The translations under genes were made by a program, and so were the position numbers. Under the pieces are notes generated by a model that searched no databases, had not been told where the DNA came from, and was given only the letters and a program-made list of their open reading frames with translations. From Pseudomonadota bacterium (GTDB lineage Bacteria > Bdellovibrionota_F > JAHFAK01 > JBDREC01), in the NCBI GenBank assembly GCA_043820105.1, contig JBDREC010000010.1, forward strand, positions 124,001 through 174,602: a DNA stretch of 50,602 nucleotides, read 5' to 3'. Shown here in pieces: positions 16,244-25,819 of the stretch. Position 1 is the first letter of the stretch. Each line of letters opens with the position of its first letter.

Positions 16244-16353
16244 ATTGAGAATTGAAAATTGATTGTTGATTATTGGAAATTTTAATGGAGAATGAATGAA
16301 TGGATGCTGAAACGGAATAATAAATAATCAACAATCAATTTTCAATTCTCAAT
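16244..16353. repeat. Perfect 31-bp inverted repeat with 48-nt spacer (MITE-like or element remnant)
   Basis: ATTGAGAATTGAAAATTGATTGTTGATTATT (16244-16274) and its exact reverse complement (16323-16353). Confidence 0.9.
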
Positions 16354-16368
16354 GTTAAGGAGTGACAT

Positions 16369-16761
16369 ATGCCTACACCCAAAACACCGTTGTTAACAGT
16401 TGATATAATTATAGAGATTGAGGGGAAAATTCTTCTTATTGAAAGAAAGAATAAACCCTTTGGTTGGGCCTTGCCTGGAGGCTTTGTTGATGTTGGAGAA
16501 TCTTGTGAAGCTGCTGCTATTCGAGAGGCAAAAGAAGAAACAAGCCTGGATGTTTTTGATTTAAAGCAATTTGGTGTTTATTCAGAACCCAAAAGAGATC
16601 CTAGATTTCATACGGTTTCTGTTGTTTTTACAGCTAAAGCAAAAGGCGAAGCAAAAGCTTGTGATGATGCTAAAAATATAAAAATTTACGATAAAGATAA
16701 GTTGCCAGAATTAGCCTTTGATCACGGGAAAATCTTGGAGGATTATTTTCAGGATTCCTGA
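16369..16761 (+). CDS. NUDIX hydrolase (ADP-ribose pyrophosphatase/MutT-like)
   Basis: [28 protein letters not shown] Nudix box, RDPR and LAFDH motifs. Confidence 0.93.
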   Translation: MPTPKTPLLTVDIIIEIEGKILLIERKNKPFGWALPGGFVDVGESCEAAAIREAKEETSLDVFDLKQFGVYSEPKRDPRFHTVSVVFTAKAKGEAKACDDAKNIKIYDKDKLPELAFDHGKILEDYFQDS

Positions 16762-16829
16762 ATTACGCTTAATTTGAAAAACGGCTATAAAAAAAACCGC
16801 AGAAAACTGTTTTCGGAGGGAAAAAGTTG

Positions 16830-18560
16830 TTAAATTTTAGCAAGGGCATTATATATAAACTCAATAAAGGTCTCTTTGCTTGATAATCCATTTTGATGAG
16901 TAATTGCCTTGCCATCATTGCTATAAAACACTGTTAAAGGAATTCCTCCACCATAGCTTTCAATAATACTTGAAAATTCTGAGGCAATATTTTCATTGCT
17001 TAAATCTACCTGAATGAAATTTACTTTTTCATTAAATTCTTCAATTAATGAAACTTGAGAAAATATAAATGAAAATGTTTTACAAAAAGAACACCACTCT
17101 GCTTTAAAGTTAACAATGCTTGGTTTTGTAGAATTTTCAATAATATCCTTAAATATCTCTAACAAGGAAACATCTTTGTTTTTTATGTTTTCATTTTGAC
17201 TTGCAGGATTATCAGCAAAAACGAAAAAATCTTCTGTTTCCGATAGCTGCAAAATAGAATCTGAGTTTAATATTTTTTCCTTAGTCGTTGCTACTTCTTG
17301 CAAGTTTTTTTCTACTAAACTTTTAATTTCATTTGTTACTAATTCCAGATCTTCGTTTATTAAAGCATGGTGAGAATCAAGCAATTGTAATGAATAATAA
17401 AGTTCTAAATAATATTTATTGTCTCTATATGTTTCTTTTGAAAGGATTTCAGAAAATTGTATTTTTGCAACATCAACTTTTGTAATAAGCATTTTTTTGG
17501 CATATGTTTTTGATAGTTTATCTAATATATTTTCTAATTGAGTGCTTTTGGTATTTTCACTGTTATAGAAGGCAATTAAAATTGGAAAAGATCCAGAGCT
17601 TTCTTTTAAAATTTCAATTTCTAATGGAAATTCAACATCAATTACGCCGTTTTTATGTTCTTGTAATTTAGTTAAGGCTAAATAGAACTCATAATCTTCA
17701 GTTAGAATCTGCTCAAGGTCTTTGTATGTTAAAAAATCAAAATTATAATAATCTGTACTTACTTCTGAAATTAAAGTGCTTTTATGAAAAACATATATTG
17801 AAGGTACTGTTGAGACGATTGAAACTAATTTTATTCTCTTTTTAATTGGAGTTAGGTCAAATTTCACAATTTTAAAGGTTTCCTGTGTTTTTGGGCTTAA
17901 ATATGAAATAAGTTGCATTAGATGTTTACTTGTTTTGATATATGGTTTTTCTTCATCATAAAAAATTGCCAAAACTGGTTTTTTAGATTTTTTTATTAAG
18001 CGTTTAAGCTTAAAGAAACTATCAACTTCTTCAATCGAATTTGTTTCAAGCTCATTATTTTCAACTTCTTCTATCAGTAATAAATCACCGCAAATGTTTT
18101 TTGCAATATAGTTGACATTCTCCCTAAATTGAAAATTTGATTCAAAATCAGTAATTGAGTTATTAACTTCTTTAAATATTATAGCTGAATTATAGAAAAC
18201 AATGTATCCAAACTCTCCTTCTTCAAACTTGCAATTATTTAAATAAAAGCAAATACTTGTTTGTTTATCTGAAAAATATTGATTTGAAATATCAACTATT
18301 GCAAAGTTAAGCTCGGTTTCGATATATGAAGGAGCAACATCATAAAGACCTTTTTGCAAGAAAGCATTGCTTGTTTTGCTATTATGAAAAAAGGCAATTA
18401 ATAAGGTGCTTTTTTTTATTAATGATTCAAAGGACAAAGAAGAATTCTCTGATGTTATTTCATCCACATTTGTGCTTTCCAGGCTTTCTGTACAATACAC
18501 TGAAAATGAAAGAAAAATAATAATTACAATAAGAAAGCTAAATCTTTTTTGAGTAGTCAT
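16830..18560 (-). CDS. Exported multi-thioredoxin-fold protein
   Basis: GAGGA RBS before ATG 18560; signal peptide; repeated Trx-like blocks (PVLAIFY, PILIAFY, PSIVNFKAEWCSFC). Confidence 0.75.
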   Translation of the reverse strand: MTTQKRFSFLIVIIIFLSFSVYCTESLESTNVDEITSENSSLSFESLIKKSTLLIAFFHNSKTSNAFLQKGLYDVAPSYIETELNFAIVDISNQYFSDKQTSICFYLNNCKFEEGEFGYIVFYNSAIIFKEVNNSITDFESNFQFRENVNYIAKNICGDLLLIEEVENNELETNSIEEVDSFFKLKRLIKKSKKPVLAIFYDEEKPYIKTSKHLMQLISYLSPKTQETFKIVKFDLTPIKKRIKLVSIVSTVPSIYVFHKSTLISEVSTDYYNFDFLTYKDLEQILTEDYEFYLALTKLQEHKNGVIDVEFPLEIEILKESSGSFPILIAFYNSENTKSTQLENILDKLSKTYAKKMLITKVDVAKIQFSEILSKETYRDNKYYLELYYSLQLLDSHHALINEDLELVTNEIKSLVEKNLQEVATTKEKILNSDSILQLSETEDFFVFADNPASQNENIKNKDVSLLEIFKDIIENSTKPSIVNFKAEWCSFCKTFSFIFSQVSLIEEFNEKVNFIQVDLSNENIASEFSSIIESYGGGIPLTVFYSNDGKAITHQNGLSSKETFIEFIYNALAKI

Positions 18561-18604
18561 TAAAATCCTCATAAAAGTTGCATTATTTGAGTGCAAGTAT
18601 ATTA

Positions 18605-18620
18605 AGCAATTCAGGTGCCA
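18605..18620 (-). promoter_or_regulatory. sigma54 (-24/-12) promoter
   Basis: TGGCAC-CTGAA-TTGCT, a full consensus match, 45 nt upstream of ATG 18560. Confidence 0.78.
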
Positions 18621-18762
18621 CAGGGCTCGATTAAAAAAAGCTAACAAATCAAAGAGCTTATCCTTTGACGGTAGTATCTTTTATGTTAAATTATGTAATA
18701 ATGCTTCCCTGTTTTGATTTTACGAGGCGCGAATGTCTCAGGAATTAAAATGTAATAGTTTT

Positions 18763-19515
18763 CTAATCAGTTGATGTTTTTCGAAGAATGATTTTTCCCT
18801 CTCTTGTGATATCATAGCCTGAAGGAAGCATTTCTTCAATGGTTTTTCGAAAACCAGTAACAGGCAAACCAGCCTTAATTAATACTGCTAAAATCTCTGT
18901 TTTAAGCCTAACAGGAGTCTCTTTATTAACAAACAATGTTAGGAGTTTTTCTCTGCCAGATTCGGCTTTCAATTTTCCCATTATTTCTATTGCAGATAAT
19001 TTGGTTTGATCATCAAAGTCTCCATCTAGAAAAGGCAAGACCTTATCAGCGATTCTTATGTCATTGAATTCTGTTAATGTGTTTAGCACATCAATGTTTT
19101 TTTCCATTTCATCTCTTTGAAAGCTCATTTCTTCTGTTGTCAAGACTTCAAGCAATAAGCTAACAACCTCTTCTTCAGGAATTAATTCTTTTAGGATTTT
19201 AACAGGCCATCCAACTGTTGATGATTCTTTTAAGTATTTTTTCAGTGGGGCAATAGATTTTTCCTTAAATGAAAGAACTATTGACATGACAAGCTCTTTT
19301 TCCTGTCTATCTTCAATTAGTTTTTCATAAATAAAATCATAGCGATGAAGCAGTCCAAAGATTGCTTCTTTAGAACCAATTTTTTTAAGTTCTTCAATTG
19401 CAATTTCTCTGTCTTCATTTTTTAATTTTTTATTTGCAACGATATTACAATATCGGTGCAGTTGTTTTTGGGCTTTTTGTTCTTTTCGTTTTCCAAAAAA
19501 TTCGATAAGTCCCAT
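18763..19515 (-). CDS. HEAT-repeat protein
   Basis: Helical repeats (REIAIEELKKIG, KLSAIEIMGKL); GGAG RBS before ATG 19515 (MGLIEFFG). Confidence 0.7.
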   Translation of the reverse strand: MGLIEFFGKRKEQKAQKQLHRYCNIVANKKLKNEDREIAIEELKKIGSKEAIFGLLHRYDFIYEKLIEDRQEKELVMSIVLSFKEKSIAPLKKYLKESSTVGWPVKILKELIPEEEVVSLLLEVLTTEEMSFQRDEMEKNIDVLNTLTEFNDIRIADKVLPFLDGDFDDQTKLSAIEIMGKLKAESGREKLLTLFVNKETPVRLKTEILAVLIKAGLPVTGFRKTIEEMLPSGYDITREGKIILRKTSTD

Positions 19516-19616
19516 GTCTTTTTGCTCCAATAAAAGTTTTAAACCATTAAGTAATTGATTCTATTTATTTAGAGTTAAAAGACAAATAAAATTTCTTTAA
19601 TACCCAATTAAATAAA

Positions 19617-22280
19617 TTAGTGCGCCTCAGCCCAATTGTCAGCTATGCCAATATTGACCGTTATGGGGACCGCTAGCAAACATGCATTTTCCATTATATC
19701 TTTTATTTTCTGAGCCTGCTCTTGGGCAAGCTCATTTTTTATTTCAAAAACTAGCTCATCGTGAACTTGTATGATCATTTTACAATCTAGATCTTTATTT
19801 ATTATATCCTTATATATATTAATCATTGCAACTTTAATTATATCTGCTGCTGTTCCTTGTATTGGGGTATTTATTGCAATTCTTTCAGCTGACATTCTTA
19901 TTTGCATGTTTTTAGCATTTAGGTCAGGGAGGTATCTTCTTCTTCCAAAAAGAGTGGAAACATATCCATTTTTTCTAGCGCTTTCCAATGTGCGATCTAT
20001 ATAGTTTTTTATTTTCGAATAATTTCTAAAATAATTATCAATATATTCTTTTGCTAAAGCATGGGGGATTTTTAATTCATTGCTTAAACGGAATGCTGAC
20101 ATTCCATAAATAATCCCAAAATTAATTGTTTTTGCATAGCTTCTTTGCTGGTCTGTAACATCATCAAAAGCTATGCCAAAGATTTCAGACGCAGTTTTTT
20201 TATGTATATCCAAATTGTTTTTATAGGCATCAATGAGAGATGGATCATTTGAAAAATGAGCTAAAATTCTTAATTCGATTTGAGAATAATCGCATGAAAC
20301 AAGTTTATATCCCTTTGGTGCAATAAATGCTTCTCTTATTTTTTTCCCGTCTTCACTTCTTATTGGAATGTTTTGTAAGTTGGGATCAGAGGATGATAAT
20401 CTTCCAGTTGCAGTAACTGTTTGGTTAAAGGAGGTATGAATTCTTCCTGTTTCGTGATTAATAAGCCTGGGTAGTGCTTCAATATAAGTAGAAATTAATT
20501 TTGTTAGGCTTCTGTAGTCTAAAATTTTTCGAGGCAGTTCATAATCACTTGAAAGCTGTTCAAGCACTGACAGGTCTGTTGATTTTCCTGTTTTTGTTTT
20601 CTTTAAGACAGGGTAATTTAATTTATCGTATAAAATAACAGACAGCTGTTTTGGAGAATTTATATTAAACTCTTCTGAAGCGAGTTCAAAGATTTGTTTC
20701 TTTATTATAGATGCTTTTTCAGAAAAAATCTTATGAAGACTTTCAAGATGATTTGTGTTTATAAGCACGCCATTTGTTTCCAGGTATGCAAGGACACTTA
20801 AAAGAGGCAATTCAATTTCAGAAAAAACAGTATCCTGTTTATCTTCTTTGAGAAGTTTCAAAAGCTCATTATATAATAGAGCTGGAATATGCGAGTCTTC
20901 ACAGGCATAGTGGCTTGCTTTTTCAAGATCAACCTCAGCAAAACCTATTTGCTTTACACCTTTTCCAACAACGTCTTCAAATTTTGTTGTTTTATGACCA
21001 AGGTAGTTAAGTGATATAGCATCAAGATTGTGTTGGCTCACGCCTGGATTTAAAAGATATGATGCAATCATGGTGTCAAAGGATATAGGATTAATTAAAA
21101 TACCATATCTTTGCAGTATTATGAAATCATATTTTAAATTTTGGCCGATTTTCTTGATAGCTTTATTTTCTAGACTTGGTTTAATTTTTTCTAAAACCAG
21201 GCTTTCATCAAGTTGCTTTTCCAGGGTGAGGTGGTTTATGGGAAGGTAATAACTTTCATTTCCTTCATCTAATGATATAGATACGCCAACTAGCTTTGCT
21301 TCCATTGGAAAAACAGAGGTGCTTTCTAAGTCAACTGAAATAATTTTTGCGGCGTCCATTTTTTTACATAAATTATTTAGCTTTTCTGCTTCAGTTATAC
21401 AATAGTATTTGCTTTGATCAAGCTTGGTTTTTTGTTTCATGCCTTCAATTTCAGTCAGGAATCTTTTGAACTCCAGTTTATTAAAAAGCTTAGATAAGGC
21501 CTCAGAATTAATTTCTTTTTTTTCAAGATCATTTTCCGAAACATCTAGTGTCATCTCAGTATTTAAGGTAACTAGCTGTTTAGATAAGATGGCTTTTTCT
21601 TTTTCGTTTTTAATATTTTCTGAGATTTTACCTTTTATATTATCAGCGTTTTCAAAAAGCTTTTCAAGATTACCAAATTGATTTATGAATTTAACTGCTG
21701 ATTTAGCTCCGATACCGCTAATGCCTGGCACATTGTCAGAAGAATCTCCAACCATGGCAAGGTAATCTATTATAAGTTCTGGACCAACACCGAATTTTTC
21801 TAAAACTTCTTTTGGGCCATATAATTTGTCTTTCATTGTATCAAGCATATTGGTTTTTTCATTAACAAGCTGCATTAGGTCTTTATCACCAGAAACAATG
21901 GTTACTTTCATTTCGTGTTCATAGTTTTTGGTCAGAGTTCCTATTATATCATCTGCTTCAAAACCCTCTTTTTCGATTGCACAAATGTTTAAACCTTGAA
22001 CTAATTTTTTGATATATGGAATTTGAACTCTTAGCTCATCTGGCATGGCGCTTCTGTTTGCCTTATATGCAGAATAAATATCATGTCTGAAACTTTTTGA
22101 TGGATGATCAAAAGCAATACAAATGTGGGAAGGATCATGCTCCTTGATAATTCTCATTAACATAACTGTAAAGCCATAGATAGCATTTGTCGGGATGCCT
22201 TCTTTTGTAGTCAAGGGTTTGATAGCATGAAAGGCTCTGTAAAAATAACTTGAGCCATCAATTATAAAAAGGGTTTTCAA
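19617..22280 (-). CDS. polA: DNA polymerase I
   Basis: IDGSSYFYRAFHA 5'-3' exonuclease, 3'-5' exonuclease, DYSQIELR, KTINFGIIYG and QVHDEL motifs. Confidence 0.98.
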   Translation of the reverse strand: MKTLFIIDGSSYFYRAFHAIKPLTTKEGIPTNAIYGFTVMLMRIIKEHDPSHICIAFDHPSKSFRHDIYSAYKANRSAMPDELRVQIPYIKKLVQGLNICAIEKEGFEADDIIGTLTKNYEHEMKVTIVSGDKDLMQLVNEKTNMLDTMKDKLYGPKEVLEKFGVGPELIIDYLAMVGDSSDNVPGISGIGAKSAVKFINQFGNLEKLFENADNIKGKISENIKNEKEKAILSKQLVTLNTEMTLDVSENDLEKKEINSEALSKLFNKLEFKRFLTEIEGMKQKTKLDQSKYYCITEAEKLNNLCKKMDAAKIISVDLESTSVFPMEAKLVGVSISLDEGNESYYLPINHLTLEKQLDESLVLEKIKPSLENKAIKKIGQNLKYDFIILQRYGILINPISFDTMIASYLLNPGVSQHNLDAISLNYLGHKTTKFEDVVGKGVKQIGFAEVDLEKASHYACEDSHIPALLYNELLKLLKEDKQDTVFSEIELPLLSVLAYLETNGVLINTNHLESLHKIFSEKASIIKKQIFELASEEFNINSPKQLSVILYDKLNYPVLKKTKTGKSTDLSVLEQLSSDYELPRKILDYRSLTKLISTYIEALPRLINHETGRIHTSFNQTVTATGRLSSSDPNLQNIPIRSEDGKKIREAFIAPKGYKLVSCDYSQIELRILAHFSNDPSLIDAYKNNLDIHKKTASEIFGIAFDDVTDQQRSYAKTINFGIIYGMSAFRLSNELKIPHALAKEYIDNYFRNYSKIKNYIDRTLESARKNGYVSTLFGRRRYLPDLNAKNMQIRMSAERIAINTPIQGTAADIIKVAMINIYKDIINKDLDCKMIIQVHDELVFEIKNELAQEQAQKIKDIMENACLLAVPITVNIGIADNWAEAH

Positions 22281-22350
22281 TTTTTTATCCTTTGTTTATT
22301 CAGAATATTAATGTTTGATTTTATTTATTCAAATAACTAAAACAAAAGGT

Positions 22351-24051
22351 ATGTCAAGATTTGATGAATTACATAAACTGGCTAAAAACTTACCAAAAGA
22401 TCCAGGGGTTTACATTTTTTATGATAAATTAATTGATCAAAATTCCAGTGAAAAAAATAAAAGCATTGTTTATGTTGGAAAGGCTAAGAATCTTAAGAAA
22501 AGAGTGCTTTCATATTTCCAAAACAAAAAAGACTCTGCTATAAAAACTCAAGTTCTTATGAACAAAGCAAAAGATCTAGAGTTTATTGTTACCAAGAATG
22601 AAAAAGAAGCACTTTTGCTTGAGAATAATTTCATTAAGAAATTTCAGCCCAAGTATAACATTTGGTTAAAAGATGATAAAACCTATTCAAGCATTAGAAT
22701 TGATATGAAAAATATTTTTCCAAAGCTTGGGATAGTTAGGAAAAGAGCAAGTGATAATGCCAAATATTTGGGACCTTATATTTCTGCTAAAGAAGCCAGG
22801 ATCGCTCTAAAAAAAGTCCAAGTACTTTTTCGTCTTAGAAATTGTAGTGATAAAAGTTTTAAATCTAGAAATAGACCTTGTTTAAACTATGACATTTCAA
22901 TTTGTTCAGGACCATGCTGCCAAAAAATATCAGCTCAAGATTATGGGGATAATGTTCAAGAGGCTATCTGGTTTTTAAAAGGTTATTCTTCTTCATTGCT
23001 TGCAAGATTAGAAAATGAAATGGAAAGTAAAGCCGCATTATTTGAGTTTGAGGAAGCCGCACAAATCAGGGATAGGATAAACACTATTAAAAGAAGCTTT
23101 GATTCTCAAGATATAGTTTTGAATAGGAGATATAATGCAGACGTTTGTGGTTTATATATTAAAGAAAATATATATACAATTAATTTAACCTTAATTCGCG
23201 AAGGAAATATTACACAAGTAAAAAAATTTAGTTTTAAAGATGTTTTTAGTGATTATGATGAAACTTTACTGGCTTTTTTAACTCAATTTTATGCTTTGTA
23301 TGATGATCTGCCCAGCGAAATACTGCTTCAAAAAAAAATTAAAAATATTTCATTTTTAAATGATGCTACTAAGGAGGAAATAAATAAAAAGGTCAAAATA
23401 TTTGCCCCACAAAAGGGTGAGAAAAAGAGACTTATTGCTCAGGCTTCATTAAATGCGAAAAAACATTTTGAAACAAATAAATTAGAACAAGAAAAACTTG
23501 TATCTGAAATTGATATCTTAAAAAGACTGCTTAAGCTTGGCAATATTTGCGAAAGAATTGAGTGTTTTGATATTTCAAATATTGGGGGCGAGCAAGCTGT
23601 TGGATCAAAAGTATCATTTAATAATGGGGCTTTTGATAAAAATGAATATAGAAGATATAAAATTAAAACAGTTTCAGGAAGTGATGATTATGCAATGATG
23701 TATGAAGTTCTTTATAGGAGATTTTCAAAACTAGAACTCAAAATCAAACCAAACCTTGTTATAATTGATGGCGGTAGAAGTCATTTAAATGTAGCGACTA
23801 ACATTTTTGACCAGTGCAATATTAAAGATGTTAGTCTTGTTGCAATTGCAAAGGAGCGTGTGAAAAAGGGTGATGTTTTGTATAAAGAAAGACTATTTGT
23901 TCCAGGTCGCAAAAACCCAATTATTCCCGATAAATTTAACAAAGGCATGCATTTGCTAATGAAGATTCGTGATGAGGCTCATCGATTTGCGATTAGTTAT
24001 CATCGAAAAATTAGAAGCAAAAAACTACTCAATAGATCTTTGAAAGATTGA
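22351..24051 (+). CDS. uvrC: Excinuclease ABC subunit C (no C-terminal HhH domain)
   Basis: PGVY...YVGKAKNL GIY-YIG, Cys cluster, FEEAAQIRD, ECFDISN, IDGG and DEAHRFA motifs; likely start ATG 22351. Confidence 0.95.
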   Translation: MSRFDELHKLAKNLPKDPGVYIFYDKLIDQNSSEKNKSIVYVGKAKNLKKRVLSYFQNKKDSAIKTQVLMNKAKDLEFIVTKNEKEALLLENNFIKKFQPKYNIWLKDDKTYSSIRIDMKNIFPKLGIVRKRASDNAKYLGPYISAKEARIALKKVQVLFRLRNCSDKSFKSRNRPCLNYDISICSGPCCQKISAQDYGDNVQEAIWFLKGYSSSLLARLENEMESKAALFEFEEAAQIRDRINTIKRSFDSQDIVLNRRYNADVCGLYIKENIYTINLTLIREGNITQVKKFSFKDVFSDYDETLLAFLTQFYALYDDLPSEILLQKKIKNISFLNDATKEEINKKVKIFAPQKGEKKRLIAQASLNAKKHFETNKLEQEKLVSEIDILKRLLKLGNICERIECFDISNIGGEQAVGSKVSFNNGAFDKNEYRRYKIKTVSGSDDYAMMYEVLYRRFSKLELKIKPNLVIIDGGRSHLNVATNIFDQCNIKDVSLVAIAKERVKKGDVLYKERLFVPGRKNPIIPDKFNKGMHLLMKIRDEAHRFAISYHRKIRSKKLLNRSLKD

Positions 24052-24858
24052 CCTTGTAATTTCACCAATAAAAGAAAACTCAAAGTTAATAGCACCATAT
24101 TCATTGAATATTCCAGGTGGCGGATTCCTAAAAGGGCTTGCTTTTCTAACAGCTTTTAGCGCCTCTTGGTCCCAGGCAACATAGCCTGAACTTTTAATTA
24201 TATAGACCGATAAAAGTTCTCCTCTTTTGTTTAAATAAATTGAAACCTTTGTTACAACAAGGGATGGTGGGTTGGATTGATTGATTCTTTGTATTTGAGA
24301 AAACGCATCTTGTGGTTGCCAGTTTGTTGCAATTTGTCTTTTTACCCTTGTGAAGAAGCTTGAATATAAAAATGTTTTTGTATTTAATCTTGTTTCATCT
24401 CCTAGTTGAGCATCAACTTGATTTGGGTCATAGGGGATGTTTATTTTAGATAGTATTTCTTGACTGGGATATAGGGTTTTGTTTTTTTCTATATTTAAGG
24501 TGAATTCTTCTTCATCTTGTTCTTTTGCAATGCTTTCTGGTTTGGATATTTTTGAATTTTGAGTTAATGTAGATGGTTTGCTTGTTGAATTTGCTGCCTT
24601 TGTTTCTATGCTCACCTGTCTGTTTGTATCACTAAAATATTCGGCTTTTTTGGGCTCATCTTTGCTAATATCATTATTAATAAGGTCTACAATTTTTCCA
24701 GGGAGCATTTTTTCGATATTAATAGATTCTAACATTATGGGATCAAACGTGTTTTTGTTAAGATCTTGTTTTTGGATACTTGGCAAAACACCGATAAAAA
24801 ACATATGTAGAAGTACTGACAACATTAGGCTTAAATATATGTTTTTATTGTCTATCAT
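24025..24858 (-). CDS. TonB/TolA-family C-terminal domain protein
   Basis: N-terminal TM with SVLLH motif; KSSGYVAWDQEALKAVRKASPFRNPP. Confidence 0.82.
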   Translation of the reverse strand: MIDNKNIYLSLMLSVLLHMFFIGVLPSIQKQDLNKNTFDPIMLESINIEKMLPGKIVDLINNDISKDEPKKAEYFSDTNRQVSIETKAANSTSKPSTLTQNSKISKPESIAKEQDEEEFTLNIEKNKTLYPSQEILSKINIPYDPNQVDAQLGDETRLNTKTFLYSSFFTRVKRQIATNWQPQDAFSQIQRINQSNPPSLVVTKVSIYLNKRGELLSVYIIKSSGYVAWDQEALKAVRKASPFRNPPPGIFNEYGAINFEFSFIGEITRSIFQRSIE

Positions 24859-24865
24859 TGTTTTT

Positions 24866-25819
24866 CTAAATATTTAAATCTAAAAAGATACTTTTTAATT
24901 CTTCAAGGTCATTTGCTTTGTTTACTTTTTTTAACATTGAATGTCCAAATGTAAATGAATTAAAGAAAAAGGGGTTAATTCTTTTAATCTTTTTTAATTG
25001 TATGTCTGTATTAAAATGCTCTTGTATTAAGTCTATTAACTTTAAATAGATATCTTTTTTTAATTTGTTTGTAAGAAGTGTAATTTCTTGGCCTGAGGCT
25101 GCCTGACTTATTTGTTTGAATATGATAGGATTTGTTATTGCATATCTTCCTATCATTATTCCCTCACACTTTGAAGTTTTAGCTTTTTCTAAGGCCTCTG
25201 CTGGATTCCTTATGTCTCCATTTCCAATTAATGGAATCGCAATTATTTCTTTTAATTTATTTATATATTCCCAGGCAGCAGGCCTTTTATATCTGTCAGC
25301 CTTGGTTCTGGCATGTAGAATAATTGCATCAATCCCTTCATTTTCGAGAAGCCTGCAAAATTGTTCAAGATCATTAAAATTCTTTTCAAAACCGATTCTG
25401 ATTTTAATTGACAGATTTTTTTTTGTATATTTTCTAATCCTGGAAACTAGAGTTGCAGTTTGAACAGCATCCTTCATTAAGGCCACTCCAAAGCCTTTTT
25501 TAATTAGTTCAGCTTCACAACAACCCATATTTATATTATATCCATCAAAGTCAAAAAATTCCAGTTTCTCCATAGATTTTTTAAATAATAAAGGCTCATT
25601 CCCTAAAAGCTGACATATGATTGGTTTCGCTTTAATAGAAAATTTTAAAAAGGACGATTTCCTTAAAGACTCATTTGGAACGATCCTTGTGTTTAGCATT
25701 TCTGTAAAGAAGATATCACATGGGCCAAATATTCTTATTAGCTCAATAAAGGCAATATGTGTGATATCTGCCATTGGAGCTAAAATGAAAGAAGGACCCG
25801 AAGATTTAAAAAGGCTCAT
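24866..25819 (-). CDS. tRNA-dihydrouridine synthase (Dus family)
   Basis: LAPMADIT, NINMGC, SIKIRIG, LHART, GNGDI and MIGR motifs. Confidence 0.92.
   Translation of the reverse strand: MSLFKSSGPSFILAPMADITHIAFIELIRIFGPCDIFFTEMLNTRIVPNESLRKSSFLKFSIKAKPIICQLLGNEPLLFKKSMEKLEFFDFDGYNINMGCCEAELIKKGFGVALMKDAVQTATLVSRIRKYTKKNLSIKIRIGFEKNFNDLEQFCRLLENEGIDAIILHARTKADRYKRPAAWEYINKLKEIIAIPLIGNGDIRNPAEALEKAKTSKCEGIMIGRYAITNPIIFKQISQAASGQEITLLTNKLKKDIYLKLIDLIQEHFNTDIQLKKIKRINPFFFNSFTFGHSMLKKVNKANDLEELKSIFLDLNI

Noticed and set aside
11233-16353. CRISPR array interpretation of the repeats
   Set aside because: Units are 7-8 bp tandem repeats without unique spacers, and there are no cas genes
18605-18750. 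6S RNA-like appearance (CTGAGACATTCGC ... GTGGCAC)
   Set aside because: Too short, poor terminal pairing, and the 3' block is better explained as a consensus sigma54 promoter
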